DNA of 64,000 bases, taken from NCBI GenBank assembly GCA_964399735.1, contig CAYNSO010000001.1, positions 85,559-149,558 on the forward strand, written 5' to 3'. The position numbers were made by a program, and so were the translations under genes. The notes below the pieces were generated by a model, which had not been told where the DNA came from, did not search any database, and saw only the letters and a list, made by a program, of their open reading frames with translations. Shown here one piece after another: positions 9,602-19,315 of this stretch; the first letter of the stretch is position 1; every line of letters starts with the position of its first letter. This DNA comes from an uncultured Cytophagia bacterium (GTDB taxonomy: Bacteria; Zhuqueibacterota; Zhuqueibacteria; Residuimicrobiales; Krinioviventaceae).

Positions 9602-12061
9602 TTATTTAATAACCAATACTACCAGCTTTTTTTGAATAATAAATTGTTTTACGATGGTTTTGTTTTCAATATATGGACGAGCTTTATCATCATTAAAAGC
9701 CATTTTGAATATTTCTTCATCACTGGCATTGGCCGGCGCGGTTATTTGCGCGCGGATTTTGCCGTTGATCTGCACGCCCAGATTTATTGTGTCCAGTACC
9801 AGCATGTTTTCATCATATCCCGGCCAGTCGGCATTGAAAATACTGTATGGTTGGCCAAGCTGTTCCCATAATTCTTCCGCCAGGTGCGGTGTAAATGGCG
9901 CAATGAGCCTCACCAGAGTATATAAAACATCAGATAACAATGCTTTACATTGTTTTTCCGGCGACGTGTCCTGAATATATAAGTAGATCTGGTTAACAAA
10001 CTCCATAATCCGGCTGATGGCGGTATTAAAATGGAATCGTTCCAGGTCCTGGGTGGCATGTTTTACAGCATAATGCATTTGCCGTATTACCGGCATGATT
10101 GCATCATCAATTTCATCCTTAAGCGGTTTATTTTCAATGGTTTGCTCAAATAGACGTATTACCCTTTTCACAAACCGATGTATACCGACAATCCCTTCAT
10201 CGCTCCAATCACCACCATCTTCATACGCGCCCATGAACATCATATACATGCGGAAAGTATCGGATCCATATTCATTAACAAATTTATCCGGGTTGACGAC
10301 ATTTCCGCGTGACTTGGACATTTTTGCGCCGTTATTCGTGATAGTACCCTGGTGAACCAGGCGTTTAAACGGTTCGTCAAAATTGATCAGGCCGAAATCA
10401 TGCAGCGCTTTGGTGAAAAATCGCGCATATAACAGGTGCATTACAGCATGCTCTGCCCCGCCCACGTATTGATCCACCGGCAGCCAGGCATTGACCATAT
10501 CTGTATTGAAAGCTTTATCACCTAAATGCGGATTTGGATAGCGTAGAAAATACCATGAAGAACAGACAAACGTATCCATGGTATCCACTTCACGGGTTGC
10601 CGGCTTGCCACATTTGGGACATGTTGTATTGACAAAGTCCGGATTGGTAACCAGCGGTGATTTACCCCGGCCCGTGAAATCAACTTTTTCTGGCAATAGT
10701 ACGGGCAAATCCTTTTCGGGGACCGGCACTTCTCCACAATCGGGACAATAAATGATCGGTATTGGAGCGCCCCAGTATCGCTGCCGGGAAATGAGCCAAT
10801 CCCGAAGTTTATAAGTTATTTTAGCATCGCCCATGTTGTGCTGCTTCAACCAGTCAATAATTGCCTGTTTACCTGCGACGGATTCAATCCCGTTGAACTG
10901 GCCGGAATTGACCATAATACCGGGATTTATGTATGCTTCTTCAAGTTTTTCTTTACATGGTTGGCCGGTTTTACTTATCACTTCACGAATTGGTAAATTA
11001 TAACGGTGGGCAAATTGAAAATCTCGTTCATCGTGTGCCGGAACAGCCATCACCGCACCGGTACCATAAGAATATAATACATAATCCGCTATCCAGATCG
11101 GTACTTTTTCATTATTGAGTGGATTAATGCAGTAACTTCCCGTAAATACACCGGTCTTTTCCCGCTCGGTAGACAAGCGCTCAATTTCACGGGCTTTGCG
11201 GGTTTGCAGAATGTAATCATTAATTACCGGTTGATTTTCAGGTGTAGTCAGTTTACCGACCAGCGGGTGCTCCGGGGCTAACACCATATAGGTAACGCCA
11301 AATACCGTATCGGGGCGGGTAGTAAAAATTTCAATGGTGTCATTGGAATCCTGCACCGGGAATTTAACAAGCGCGCCAATACTTTTCCCGATCCAGTTTT
11401 TTTGCATAGCAATAGTTTTTTCGGGCCATTCTATTTGTTTATGACCTTCCAGCAAGCGTTCAGCATAATCTGTGATCTTGAAAAACCACTGTTCCAAATC
11501 TTTCATTACAACTTCATTGTCGCAGCGTTCGCAATGCCCTTCTATCACCTGCTCGTTAGCTAAAACTGTTTGACAGTCCGGACACCAGTTCACCGAGGCT
11601 TTTTTGCGATAGGCGAGATTATTTTTATATAGTTGCAGAAACAGCCATTGCGTCCATCTGTAATATTCGGGCGAACTGGTGTTGATCTCTTTTTCCCAAT
11701 CGTACATGGCGCCCATAGCCTTTAACTGACCGCGAATGAACTTTATATTATTTTCCGTACTAACCGCCGGGTGGACGCCGGCTTTGATTGCAAAATTTTC
11801 CGCTGGCAGACCAAAGGCGTCGTAGCCCATTGGTTCAAAAACATTGTAACCCTGCATTCGTTTAAAACGCGCCCAGGTATCCGTAGGTCCGTAATTATAC
11901 CAGTGCCCGATATGTAGTTTATCTCCGCTTGGGTATAAAAACATCACCAGGCAATATAGTTTTTTCTTAATATTTGCAAGATCGATATTGTGTAATCGAG
12001 TTTCTTCCCACTTTTTTTGCCACTTTTTCTCTAGTTCTGTAAAATCGTATGTTCCGGCCAT
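9602..12061 (-). CDS. leuS: Leucine--tRNA ligase
   Basis: Class-I HIGH motif (HIGHWYNY) and KMSKS motif. 819 aa with a CP1 editing insertion. Confidence 0.97.
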   Translation of the reverse strand: MAGTYDFTELEKKWQKKWEETRLHNIDLANIKKKLYCLVMFLYPSGDKLHIGHWYNYGPTDTWARFKRMQGYNVFEPMGYDAFGLPAENFAIKAGVHPAVSTENNIKFIRGQLKAMGAMYDWEKEINTSSPEYYRWTQWLFLQLYKNNLAYRKKASVNWCPDCQTVLANEQVIEGHCERCDNEVVMKDLEQWFFKITDYAERLLEGHKQIEWPEKTIAMQKNWIGKSIGALVKFPVQDSNDTIEIFTTRPDTVFGVTYMVLAPEHPLVGKLTTPENQPVINDYILQTRKAREIERLSTEREKTGVFTGSYCINPLNNEKVPIWIADYVLYSYGTGAVMAVPAHDERDFQFAHRYNLPIREVISKTGQPCKEKLEEAYINPGIMVNSGQFNGIESVAGKQAIIDWLKQHNMGDAKITYKLRDWLISRQRYWGAPIPIIYCPDCGEVPVPEKDLPVLLPEKVDFTGRGKSPLVTNPDFVNTTCPKCGKPATREVDTMDTFVCSSWYFLRYPNPHLGDKAFNTDMVNAWLPVDQYVGGAEHAVMHLLYARFFTKALHDFGLINFDEPFKRLVHQGTITNNGAKMSKSRGNVVNPDKFVNEYGSDTFRMYMMFMGAYEDGGDWSDEGIVGIHRFVKRVIRLFEQTIENKPLKDEIDDAIMPVIRQMHYAVKHATQDLERFHFNTAISRIMEFVNQIYLYIQDTSPEKQCKALLSDVLYTLVRLIAPFTPHLAEELWEQLGQPYSIFNADWPGYDENMLVLDTINLGVQINGKIRAQITAPANASDEEIFKMAFNDDKARPYIENKTIVKQFIIQKKLVVLVIK

Positions 12062-12202
12062 GATACATTCCTGCTGATTAACTGATAATAAAAGAAGAGT
12101 TCCATAATAATTTTTTTAAATTTAACATTATTTTATCAATTTTCAAATTATTAATTCCCTTGTATTGAAGAAAAATTGCGCCAGGATTTGATAGCAATAA
12201 AT

Positions 12203-12233
12203 AAAAAAAGCCTGATAATACTATTATCAGGCT
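12203..12233 (-). terminator. Rho-independent terminator immediately after tRNA-Pro
   Basis: Perfect 11-bp stem AGCCTGATAAT (12209-12219) / ATTATCAGGCT (12223-12233) with a 3-nt loop. On the minus strand it is followed by T7 (plus-strand A-run 12203-12209). Confidence 0.8.
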
Positions 12234-12236
12234 TGG

Positions 12237-12312
<76 letters not shown>

Positions 12313-12321
12313 TAAAGAGGG

Positions 12322-12819
12322 TTAAAATATTTCAAAAATCCCTAAACTTATTAATGTAACAATTGTTGCGGACATAAGCAAGCCAAAAATTGCAGCAATT
12401 ACAGATTTCCAAAATTTTAATCCAAAAATATATGCCGCCAGTGTGCCGGTCCATGCCCCGGTAACCGGTAAAGGTATGCCGATAAAGATGACCAATCCCC
12501 AGAATTCATATTTTTCTATTAATTTACCCTTACGTCGGGTGCGGGCAAATAACCATTCAAAAAAGCGGTTAAAAACCGGATAAGGATAAAGCCATTTATA
12601 TATTTTATCAAAAAACAGCAACAAGGGTATGACTGGAATAAAATTACCGATAATGGAAAAGAAAACCGCAGTAGCAACCGGCAAACCACCACCAATCGGA
12701 GGCTGAGCCAGCGCCCAGGGAATTGCGCCGCGCAGTTCAATAATTGGCAATGTGGATATAATTATTGTAACTATTTCCTTTGGTAGTGATGATAAAAATG
12801 AGGTTATGTGCTCAGTCAT
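12322..12819 (-). CDS. Small multidrug-export-like polytopic membrane protein (COG2426 type)
   Basis: 165 aa, 4-5 hydrophobic helices. N-proximal motif PIIELRGAIPWAL is characteristic of that family, from memory. Confidence 0.6.
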   Translation of the reverse strand: MTEHITSFLSSLPKEIVTIIISTLPIIELRGAIPWALAQPPIGGGLPVATAVFFSIIGNFIPVIPLLLFFDKIYKWLYPYPVFNRFFEWLFARTRRKGKLIEKYEFWGLVIFIGIPLPVTGAWTGTLAAYIFGLKFWKSVIAAIFGLLMSATIVTLISLGIFEIF

Positions 12820-12845
12820 TGATACTCCATAAAAGTAAAGCGGTT

Positions 12846-13532
12846 TTAATTCCAGAAAAAACTTTTTATTACTAGTATAATGAATTTTACAGTGTCTTTG
12901 ACAAGGTGGATAGAACTGGATTCGCTACCATAGCTGGTTTCAACAGGAATTTCATGAAAGCGGCATTTTTGTTTGCCAAGACGCAGAATCATTTCCGATT
13001 CAAATTGAAATCCGGTTTCCTGATAAATATCAGGTTCGAGACATTTAAGCCGAACAGCACGAAAGCCACACTGACTATCGCGAATTCGCTGCATACCTGA
13101 ACACAGAGAAAGAATTGTTGAGGTGATCCCGTTACTCAGTATCCGGTGAACCGGCATTTTTGCCCCCCGGTTTTGCCGATTGCCTAAAATCAAATCGGCC
13201 TTGTCGTCCTGAATTGCTAAAAGAAAGTCATTTATTTGACCGGTATGATGCTGGCCGTCTCCATCCATTGTAATAATCCAGCGATATTGGTTTTTTTTAG
13301 CATAACGAATTGCAGAAAGCAATGCAGCTCCCTTGCCATGATTTTTACTGTGTGCTAACACACGCACCGGCAGCCGGGAAATGATTGCTGACGTGTTATC
13401 CGTTGAACCATCATTCACAATCAGAATATTTTCAAGCTTGACGACCTGGCATACTCCGGCAAGCAATTCTTCTATAAAGCGTTCTTCATTATATACCGGA
13501 ATAACTAACAAAACCGGACTCGTTGAGGCCAT
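12846..13532 (-). CDS. Family-2 glycosyltransferase (polyprenol-phosphate glycosyltransferase-like)
   Basis: LVIPVYNEERFIEELL, IVNDGSTDNT and TMDGDGQH motifs. Confidence 0.85.
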   Translation of the reverse strand: MASTSPVLLVIPVYNEERFIEELLAGVCQVVKLENILIVNDGSTDNTSAIISRLPVRVLAHSKNHGKGAALLSAIRYAKKNQYRWIITMDGDGQHHTGQINDFLLAIQDDKADLILGNRQNRGAKMPVHRILSNGITSTILSLCSGMQRIRDSQCGFRAVRLKCLEPDIYQETGFQFESEMILRLGKQKCRFHEIPVETSYGSESSSIHLVKDTVKFIILVIKSFFWN

Positions 13533-13589
13533 ATTAATCCATTATAAAGAACAAGCGGATATCTATTATATAAAACCGGATTGATGAAA

Positions 13590-14168
13590 TTATTTAATAC
13601 GTTTAAAAAGATTAAATCCGTTTTTTGTTTCAACAATATTACTGACCTGGTTCACTTTTAAACCCAATATTGCATTTTCAATCTCTGCAGCAAAATCGCC
13701 CTTGTCAAAAAATCCCAGATCACCGCCTTTGGCTGCACTGGGAGAAATCGATTTACTTTTTGCCAATTCAGAAAAATCTTTACCTGCATTGATTTGTTTT
13801 ATCAGGTCTTCAGCTTCGGCGCGGGTTTTAACCAGAATATGCAGCGCCCGGTATTCACCGACAGAACCGGACGGTATTACGCTGCTCAATGATTCTTTCC
13901 ATATCCAGCCGGTTATTTGTACTTTAACCCAGTTATCGCGTTCAAGCAACACCGACATTTCAGTACCCTGCATGACCGAGCCAATTTTTTTCCCTCCCGG
14001 TGCGATACGCAGGTTTTCTTCCGGTACTTTTAAATACATTTTCGACGATAAACCCTGGGCGAATATGGTATGTAATGGAAATAAGGCTAGAAAAAATGTA
14101 GCCAAAACATAAAATTTTGCATACTTGCTCAAGACACTAACCTCCAGTTTAATATAAGCATCATCCAT
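13590..14168 (-). CDS. Secreted parvulin-type peptidyl-prolyl isomerase with an SH3b-like N-domain
   Basis: PpiC rotamase core YRALHILV...AKGGDLGFFDKGDF...NGFNLFKRI. Hydrophobic signal segment FYVLATFFLALFPLHTIFAQG. The middle segment NLRIAPGGKKIGSVMQGTEMSVLLERDNWVKVQITGWIW is SH3-like. Confidence 0.8.
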   Translation of the reverse strand: MDDAYIKLEVSVLSKYAKFYVLATFFLALFPLHTIFAQGLSSKMYLKVPEENLRIAPGGKKIGSVMQGTEMSVLLERDNWVKVQITGWIWKESLSSVIPSGSVGEYRALHILVKTRAEAEDLIKQINAGKDFSELAKSKSISPSAAKGGDLGFFDKGDFAAEIENAILGLKVNQVSNIVETKNGFNLFKRIK

Positions 14169-14251
14169 AACAAGTTAAATTACAAATTTTTTAAAAAAAA
14201 TCACAGTGTTTTTTATTTGCTGAAATTTATAATGGTAGCAAATATTACTGT

Positions 14252-15307
14252 CTAGTCTTTCCAGTTTCTGACCTCGTCGACCAGAACGTTAACAATATCC
14301 TTTTCGGCAATTTTACAGAGTATTTTCCCTTTTTTAAACAACACGGCGCTGTGTTTACCACAGGCAATGCCCAAATCGGCTTCTTTGGCTTCACCGGGGC
14401 CGTTGACGGCGCAGCCCATGATTGCTACAGTCAAACGCTTTTTTTCCCCAGCCAGTTTTTTTTCAACTTTTGTTACCAGCGATATCAGGTCGATTTCGGT
14501 TCGAGCGCAGGTGGGACAACTGATTATATTGATTCCATGTGGATACAAATCGAGGTTTTTCAGGATTTCAAAACCAATGATCACTTCATCCACCGGGTCA
14601 CCGGTTAAAGATACCCGTAGAGTATCGCCAATACCTTCAGCCAACAAGATACCCAGACCAATAGCGGATTTAACCGTACCCGAACGCAACGTCCCCGCTT
14701 CGGTTACGCCAATATGCAGGGGCACATCGGTTTGTAGCGCAGCCAGACGGTACGCCTGGACTGTTTTCAACACATCGGAGGATTTAAGGGACAGCACCAG
14801 GTTTTCCGCGCCAAATTCCCGGCAAATATCAACATTTTTTAAACCACTTTTCACAAGTGCGGTTATTGTAGCGCCTCCCTCCTCTTCAAGAATTGATTTT
14901 TCAATCGAGCCTGAATTTACCCCGACGCGAATTGGAATTTTACCGGCAACAGCTTTGTGAATAACCTGGCGAATACGCTCACGGTCACCAATGTTACCGG
15001 GATTAATCCGGATTTTATCCGCACCTGCGTCCATTGCTCCCAACGCCAACCGGTAATCGAAATGAATATCCGCAATCAGGGGTACAGTAACTGCTTTTTT
15101 AATTTCGGCAAAACCTTGTACCGATTCCAAATCCGGTACCGCCAGTCTTACAATCTGACAGCCGGCGTCGGTCAAACGATTTATTTGCGCGATGGAGGAC
15201 GGCACATCGCTGGTTTTGGTATTGGTCATGGACTGGACGGAAACCGGCGCACCGCCGCCGATAAGTATGTTGCCAACTTGTATCTGTCTGGTAGTATTTC
15301 TGTGCAC
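14252..15307 (-). CDS. ispG: 4-hydroxy-3-methylbut-2-en-1-yl diphosphate synthase
   Basis: QVGNILIGGGAPVSVQSMTNT N-terminus. Fe-S ligands in ISCPTCAR and GCAVNGPGE. Confidence 0.95.
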   Translation of the reverse strand: MHRNTTRQIQVGNILIGGGAPVSVQSMTNTKTSDVPSSIAQINRLTDAGCQIVRLAVPDLESVQGFAEIKKAVTVPLIADIHFDYRLALGAMDAGADKIRINPGNIGDRERIRQVIHKAVAGKIPIRVGVNSGSIEKSILEEEGGATITALVKSGLKNVDICREFGAENLVLSLKSSDVLKTVQAYRLAALQTDVPLHIGVTEAGTLRSGTVKSAIGLGILLAEGIGDTLRVSLTGDPVDEVIIGFEILKNLDLYPHGINIISCPTCARTEIDLISLVTKVEKKLAGEKKRLTVAIMGCAVNGPGEAKEADLGIACGKHSAVLFKKGKILCKIAEKDIVNVLVDEVRNWKD

Positions 15308-15340
15308 AATGATACTTTCTGTATAAAGTTGATGATAAAG

Positions 15341-16531
15341 TTATTTAATCAGGTTCATTTCCCTGCCGACCTTGGCAAAAGCATTTAACAACAAATCAAG
15401 GTCTTCTCGTTCATGGGCGGCGGAAATTTGCACGCGAATTCGCGCCAAGCCGCGTGGCACGACCGGGTAGCTGAAACCAATGACATAGATGCCTTCGGTT
15501 AACAATTTATCTGCCATTTGGTGGGCTTTTTTCTCATCATATAGCATAACGGCAACAATCGGGTGAATACCTGGTTTAATATCAAAGCCCAGCCGGGTAA
15601 TTTTTTCCCTGAAATAGCGGGTGTTATCTTCCAGTTTGTCCCGCAGCGCAGTCGATTCCGTCAGCATATCAAGCACTGCAATGGTAGCGCCGGCAATAGC
15701 CGGAGCTAATGAATTGGAAAATAAATAAGGTCGGCTTTTCTGGCGCAGAAACTCGATCAGTTCCTTTCTACCGCTTACACAGCCGCCGGAAGCGCCTCCC
15801 AGGGCTTTGCCAAAGGTGGTTGTAATCAAATCTACTCTTCCACGCACGCCACAATGCTCGGTAATACCGCGCCCGGTTTTGCCCATAAATCCGGTGGCAT
15901 GACAATCATCCACCATGACCAGAGCATTATATTTATCCGCCAGATCACAGATTTGCTGCAATGGAGCTATATCACCATCCATAGAAAAAACGCCGTCTGT
16001 GGCAATGACCCGGTATTTGGCAGTTGAAAATTCCTGGATTTTGCTTTCCAGGTCTGTCATATCACAATGTTTATAGATGGCGCGCTGGGCTTTGGCCAGG
16101 CGAATGCCGTCAATTATTGAAGCATGGTTGAGTTCGTCGGTGATAATGGCGCAGTCCTTGTCAAACAACGGCTCGAAAACACCACCATTCGCATCAAAAC
16201 AGGCGGCATATAATATGGTATCTTCCACACCAAGAAATTTTGAAATTTTGTTTTCCAGGGTTTTATGAATTTCCTGGGTGCCACAAATAAAACGTACAGA
16301 TGATAAGCCGAAACCCCATACATCCATTGCTTTTTGCGCTGCTGCGACAATCAGCGGATGTCCGGATAAACCAAGATAATTGTTAGCGCAAAAATTTAAT
16401 ACTTTTTGTCCGGATCGTACTTTGATATGTGCGCCCTGTGAACTGGTAATAATGCGTTCCTGCTTGTATAAGCCGGCATCCCGGATAGCCTGCAACTGGT
16501 TTTGCAGATCATTTTTTAATTGTCCATACAT
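15341..16531 (-). CDS. kbl: Glycine C-acetyltransferase (2-amino-3-ketobutyrate CoA ligase)
   Basis: Alpha-oxoamine synthase fold with the PLP-lysine region [13 protein letters not shown]. Lies downstream of tdh on the same strand. Confidence 0.92.
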   Translation of the reverse strand: MYGQLKNDLQNQLQAIRDAGLYKQERIITSSQGAHIKVRSGQKVLNFCANNYLGLSGHPLIVAAAQKAMDVWGFGLSSVRFICGTQEIHKTLENKISKFLGVEDTILYAACFDANGGVFEPLFDKDCAIITDELNHASIIDGIRLAKAQRAIYKHCDMTDLESKIQEFSTAKYRVIATDGVFSMDGDIAPLQQICDLADKYNALVMVDDCHATGFMGKTGRGITEHCGVRGRVDLITTTFGKALGGASGGCVSGRKELIEFLRQKSRPYLFSNSLAPAIAGATIAVLDMLTESTALRDKLEDNTRYFREKITRLGFDIKPGIHPIVAVMLYDEKKAHQMADKLLTEGIYVIGFSYPVVPRGLARIRVQISAAHEREDLDLLLNAFAKVGREMNLIK

Positions 16532-16770
16532 ACAACCTCCGGATTAAAGCGTTATAATGTATTACATGAAGTAAATTCGTTTTTAACTTGTTGAATCGAA
16601 AGAATCAATAGATTACATTGCCTGTTTACGCAGGCGACAGGTGTCTCGTTAAGAATTATTAAAACGAGATCAGAGACGTGTTGCCTTGATGGGTCAGTCA
16701 GTCAATTTTCAAATGACAATGTAAAACAAAAAACCAAGAGGATAATTGTTCACTAGCGCAAAAATCACAG

Positions 16771-17802
16771 TTATTCAAATTCAAGTATCACTTTACCAGA
16801 ATTGCCGGATAGCATTGCATCAAAACCTTTCTGAAAATCTTTAAAAGGAAACCTATGCGTCAGCACCGGGGAAATATCCAGCCCGCTTTGCAGCATGGTT
16901 TCCATCTTGTACCAGGTTTCAAACATTTCCCGTCCATATATGCCTTTAATCGTCAGCCCTTTGAAAATGATCTGCTCCCAGTTGATCAGCGCCTGTCCCG
17001 GTAAAATACCCAGTAATGCAATTCGACCACCATGATACATGTTTTCCAGCATTGACTCAAAAGCCTGCGAGTTGCCGGACATTTCCAGCCCAATATCAAA
17101 ACCGATCAACCCCAGTTCCTTGCGACAGTCTTCAATCGTGGTTTGGCTGACATTAATTGCCCGTGTTGCACCCATTTTGCGAGCCAGGTTTAGCCGATAC
17201 TCATTAACATCGGTAATAACCACATTTCTGGCGCCAACATGTTTAACAATAGCTGCGGCCATACAACCAATCGGTCCGGCGCCGGTGATTAGTACATCTT
17301 CACCCACCAGATCAAAGGATAATGCGGAATGGGTAGCGTTGCCATAGGGGTCAAAATAAGCGGCAGTTTCATCGGGGATATTGGAACTCAGTTTCCAGGC
17401 ATTGGAAGCCGGCAAACTCAGATATTCGGCAAAGCAGCCGTCACGATTAACGCCAATGCCAATGGTATTGGTACATAAATGGCCGCGGCCAGCCCGGCAG
17501 CTTCTGCATACTCCGCAAACGATATGCCCTTCACCAGAAACACGGTCGCCAACCTGGTAGCGGGTAACATTTTGGCCTTTTTCCACTACCTCGCCGACAA
17601 ATTCATGGCCGATGATCATAGGTGTTTTGATTGTTCGCTGCGACCAGTCATCCCATTTATAAATATGAACATCTGTACCGCAAATTGCGGTTTTTTTGAT
17701 TTTAACCAACAAATCGGTATTGCCAATTTCAGGAACCGGCATTTCTTCCAACCACAGACCGGGTTCCCGATACCTTTTAACCAGCGCCTGCATTGTTTTC
17801 AT
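16771..17802 (-). CDS. tdh: L-threonine 3-dehydrogenase
   Basis: Zn-ADH motifs: GHEFVGEV, structural-zinc Cys cluster [15 protein letters not shown], and Rossmann ITGAGPIG. Confidence 0.95.
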   Translation of the reverse strand: MKTMQALVKRYREPGLWLEEMPVPEIGNTDLLVKIKKTAICGTDVHIYKWDDWSQRTIKTPMIIGHEFVGEVVEKGQNVTRYQVGDRVSGEGHIVCGVCRSCRAGRGHLCTNTIGIGVNRDGCFAEYLSLPASNAWKLSSNIPDETAAYFDPYGNATHSALSFDLVGEDVLITGAGPIGCMAAAIVKHVGARNVVITDVNEYRLNLARKMGATRAINVSQTTIEDCRKELGLIGFDIGLEMSGNSQAFESMLENMYHGGRIALLGILPGQALINWEQIIFKGLTIKGIYGREMFETWYKMETMLQSGLDISPVLTHRFPFKDFQKGFDAMLSGNSGKVILEFE

Positions 17803-17994
17803 AAGAGTCCTTATTTTAAATCTAGTTCATAATCATGATATTTTCATAATTAATAATAATTTAAACTGTTTGGAGAATTAATTATGGATACGATCTGGTA
17901 TGGTAAATCAATACAGTTTTTTTGTTACTGGAACCCATAAGCGCAATTAAATATTCATTTTTTCTGGATTACAAAAAAGTAATAAACGACCAGT

Positions 17995-18699
17995 CTATGA
18001 TTTAATTTTTTTCTTTACTGCATTAAGGATAATAAACTGTAATGGCGTTTTTTGTTCCCAAACGCAAAGCAGTGAATCGTTACTTTGCTCGGTCAGGATT
18101 TGTTCACCATTAGTAACAATTGCAAGCTCTACCGGAGACAGGGAAACCAGTTTATAGGTCACGCGCGAATCCGGCAGGGACGGATACCAGAACTGGCTGC
18201 CGTGCAGGTGAATGCGCTCGCGGTTTATGCAGCATTCATTACTGTTTAGCGCATTGACCGGAATCGGGGTAAGCGATGATTCCCGGAAATTTCCTTCATA
18301 ATAGACCCGCATTGTTTCCGGAAACAGTGAGAGCGGTAAATGCACCTTGTATAGATTAACATGATCGGAATTCAAGAGTTTGCGAATATAATTAAAATCT
18401 TTGCTGTTGCTGTATCGGGCTTTTTCTATAATTTCCCAGTTAACCGTCTGGTTGCCAACTGTAATTCTGTCAACTGTTAATGAATCATGCAGGTAAAAAT
18501 AGATTTCATTGGTTTCACTCAGGTATTTGATTTGTAAAGTGTCAATAGCAATGATCTTGTTTTCATCGGGAAGGAACTTGATTTGCAAATTATGGAAAGA
18601 GATATCATTTTGAATTTCAAGATCGGAATTCATGCACCCTAACAGGGATAAAAGAGCCAAAATAATCAGGGATAAAAACACCACAAAGAGTTTTTGCAT
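17995..18699 (-). CDS. Hypothetical lipoprotein
   Basis: AAGGAG RBS before ATG 18699 (the ORF-track start at 18753 is less likely). Signal peptide plus LLSLLGC lipobox. No catalytic motif recognised. Confidence 0.5.
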   Translation of the reverse strand: MQKLFVVFLSLIILALLSLLGCMNSDLEIQNDISFHNLQIKFLPDENKIIAIDTLQIKYLSETNEIYFYLHDSLTVDRITVGNQTVNWEIIEKARYSNSKDFNYIRKLLNSDHVNLYKVHLPLSLFPETMRVYYEGNFRESSLTPIPVNALNSNECCINRERIHLHGSQFWYPSLPDSRVTYKLVSLSPVELAIVTNGEQILTEQSNDSLLCVWEQKTPLQFIILNAVKKKIKS

Positions 18700-18992
18700 A
18701 ATCACTCCTTTACGAATACGTAAAAATATAGAGAATAGGCGGTTAAGAGTCAAGTATTATGATGATAAAATACTGAATTGTTAAACGAATCACATTGACT
18801 GGCGTTAATTTAAAGCCTGAAAAATTTATATTGGAAATTAAGAAATTTTTTACTATCATATTACTTGATATAAATGTGGTTGTTGCCGATACTATACTGG
18901 CAATGAGCACACGAGTATAACTCGTAATACCACAAAATGTTCACAATTAATCTACAATGAAGGGTTGCAAAGCCTGACATTAAGGAGAAAAA

Positions 18993-19265
18993 ATGACAGA
19001 CCCCCAAAACCGCAGAATCGGCGTTGTGGCCATTATAATTCAGGACCAGAACGACACCTACAAAATCATCAATGAAATCCTTCACGATTATTCATCCATC
19101 ATCATCGGCAGGTTAGGTCTCCCCTACCGGGAACGTAATCTTTCCATCATTTCGCTGATTGTTGATGGCGATACGGATCAGGTTGGCGCCATGACCGGTA
19201 AAATTGGTCAGGTTACCAATGTCTCGGTAAAAACCGCTTTCGCCAAATCGGTTTCGCAAGAATAA
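18993..19265 (+). CDS. TM1266-family small ACT/NikR-C-like protein (the family is usually annotated as a putative [FeFe]-hydrogenase system regulator)
   Basis: 90 aa. Core RIGVVAIII..INEILHDYSSIIIGRLGLPYRERNLSIISLIVDGDTDQVGAMTGKIGQVTNVSVKT matches the conserved pattern of that family as I remember it. AAGGAG RBS present. No DNA-binding domain. Confidence 0.65.
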   Translation: MTDPQNRRIGVVAIIIQDQNDTYKIINEILHDYSSIIIGRLGLPYRERNLSIISLIVDGDTDQVGAMTGKIGQVTNVSVKTAFAKSVSQE

Positions 19266-19315
19266 TTTTTTAATTTGTTGTTCAGGAATATTAAAATAAC
19301 TGAAGGATAACTGCG

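Noticed and set aside
14367-14960. A 197-aa plus-strand ORF (plus 14351-14608 and 14957-15388) inside ispG
   Set aside because: It is antisense to a strongly motif-supported ispG, and has no RBS or motif support.
16532-16770. The 240-nt tdh-kbl spacer as a possible glycine or other riboswitch
   Set aside because: Only short hairpins are present on the coding strand (TCTCGTT/AACGAGA and CCTGT/ACAGG). I could not match the glycine-riboswitch conserved core or any other class I know. An Infernal scan is needed to settle it.
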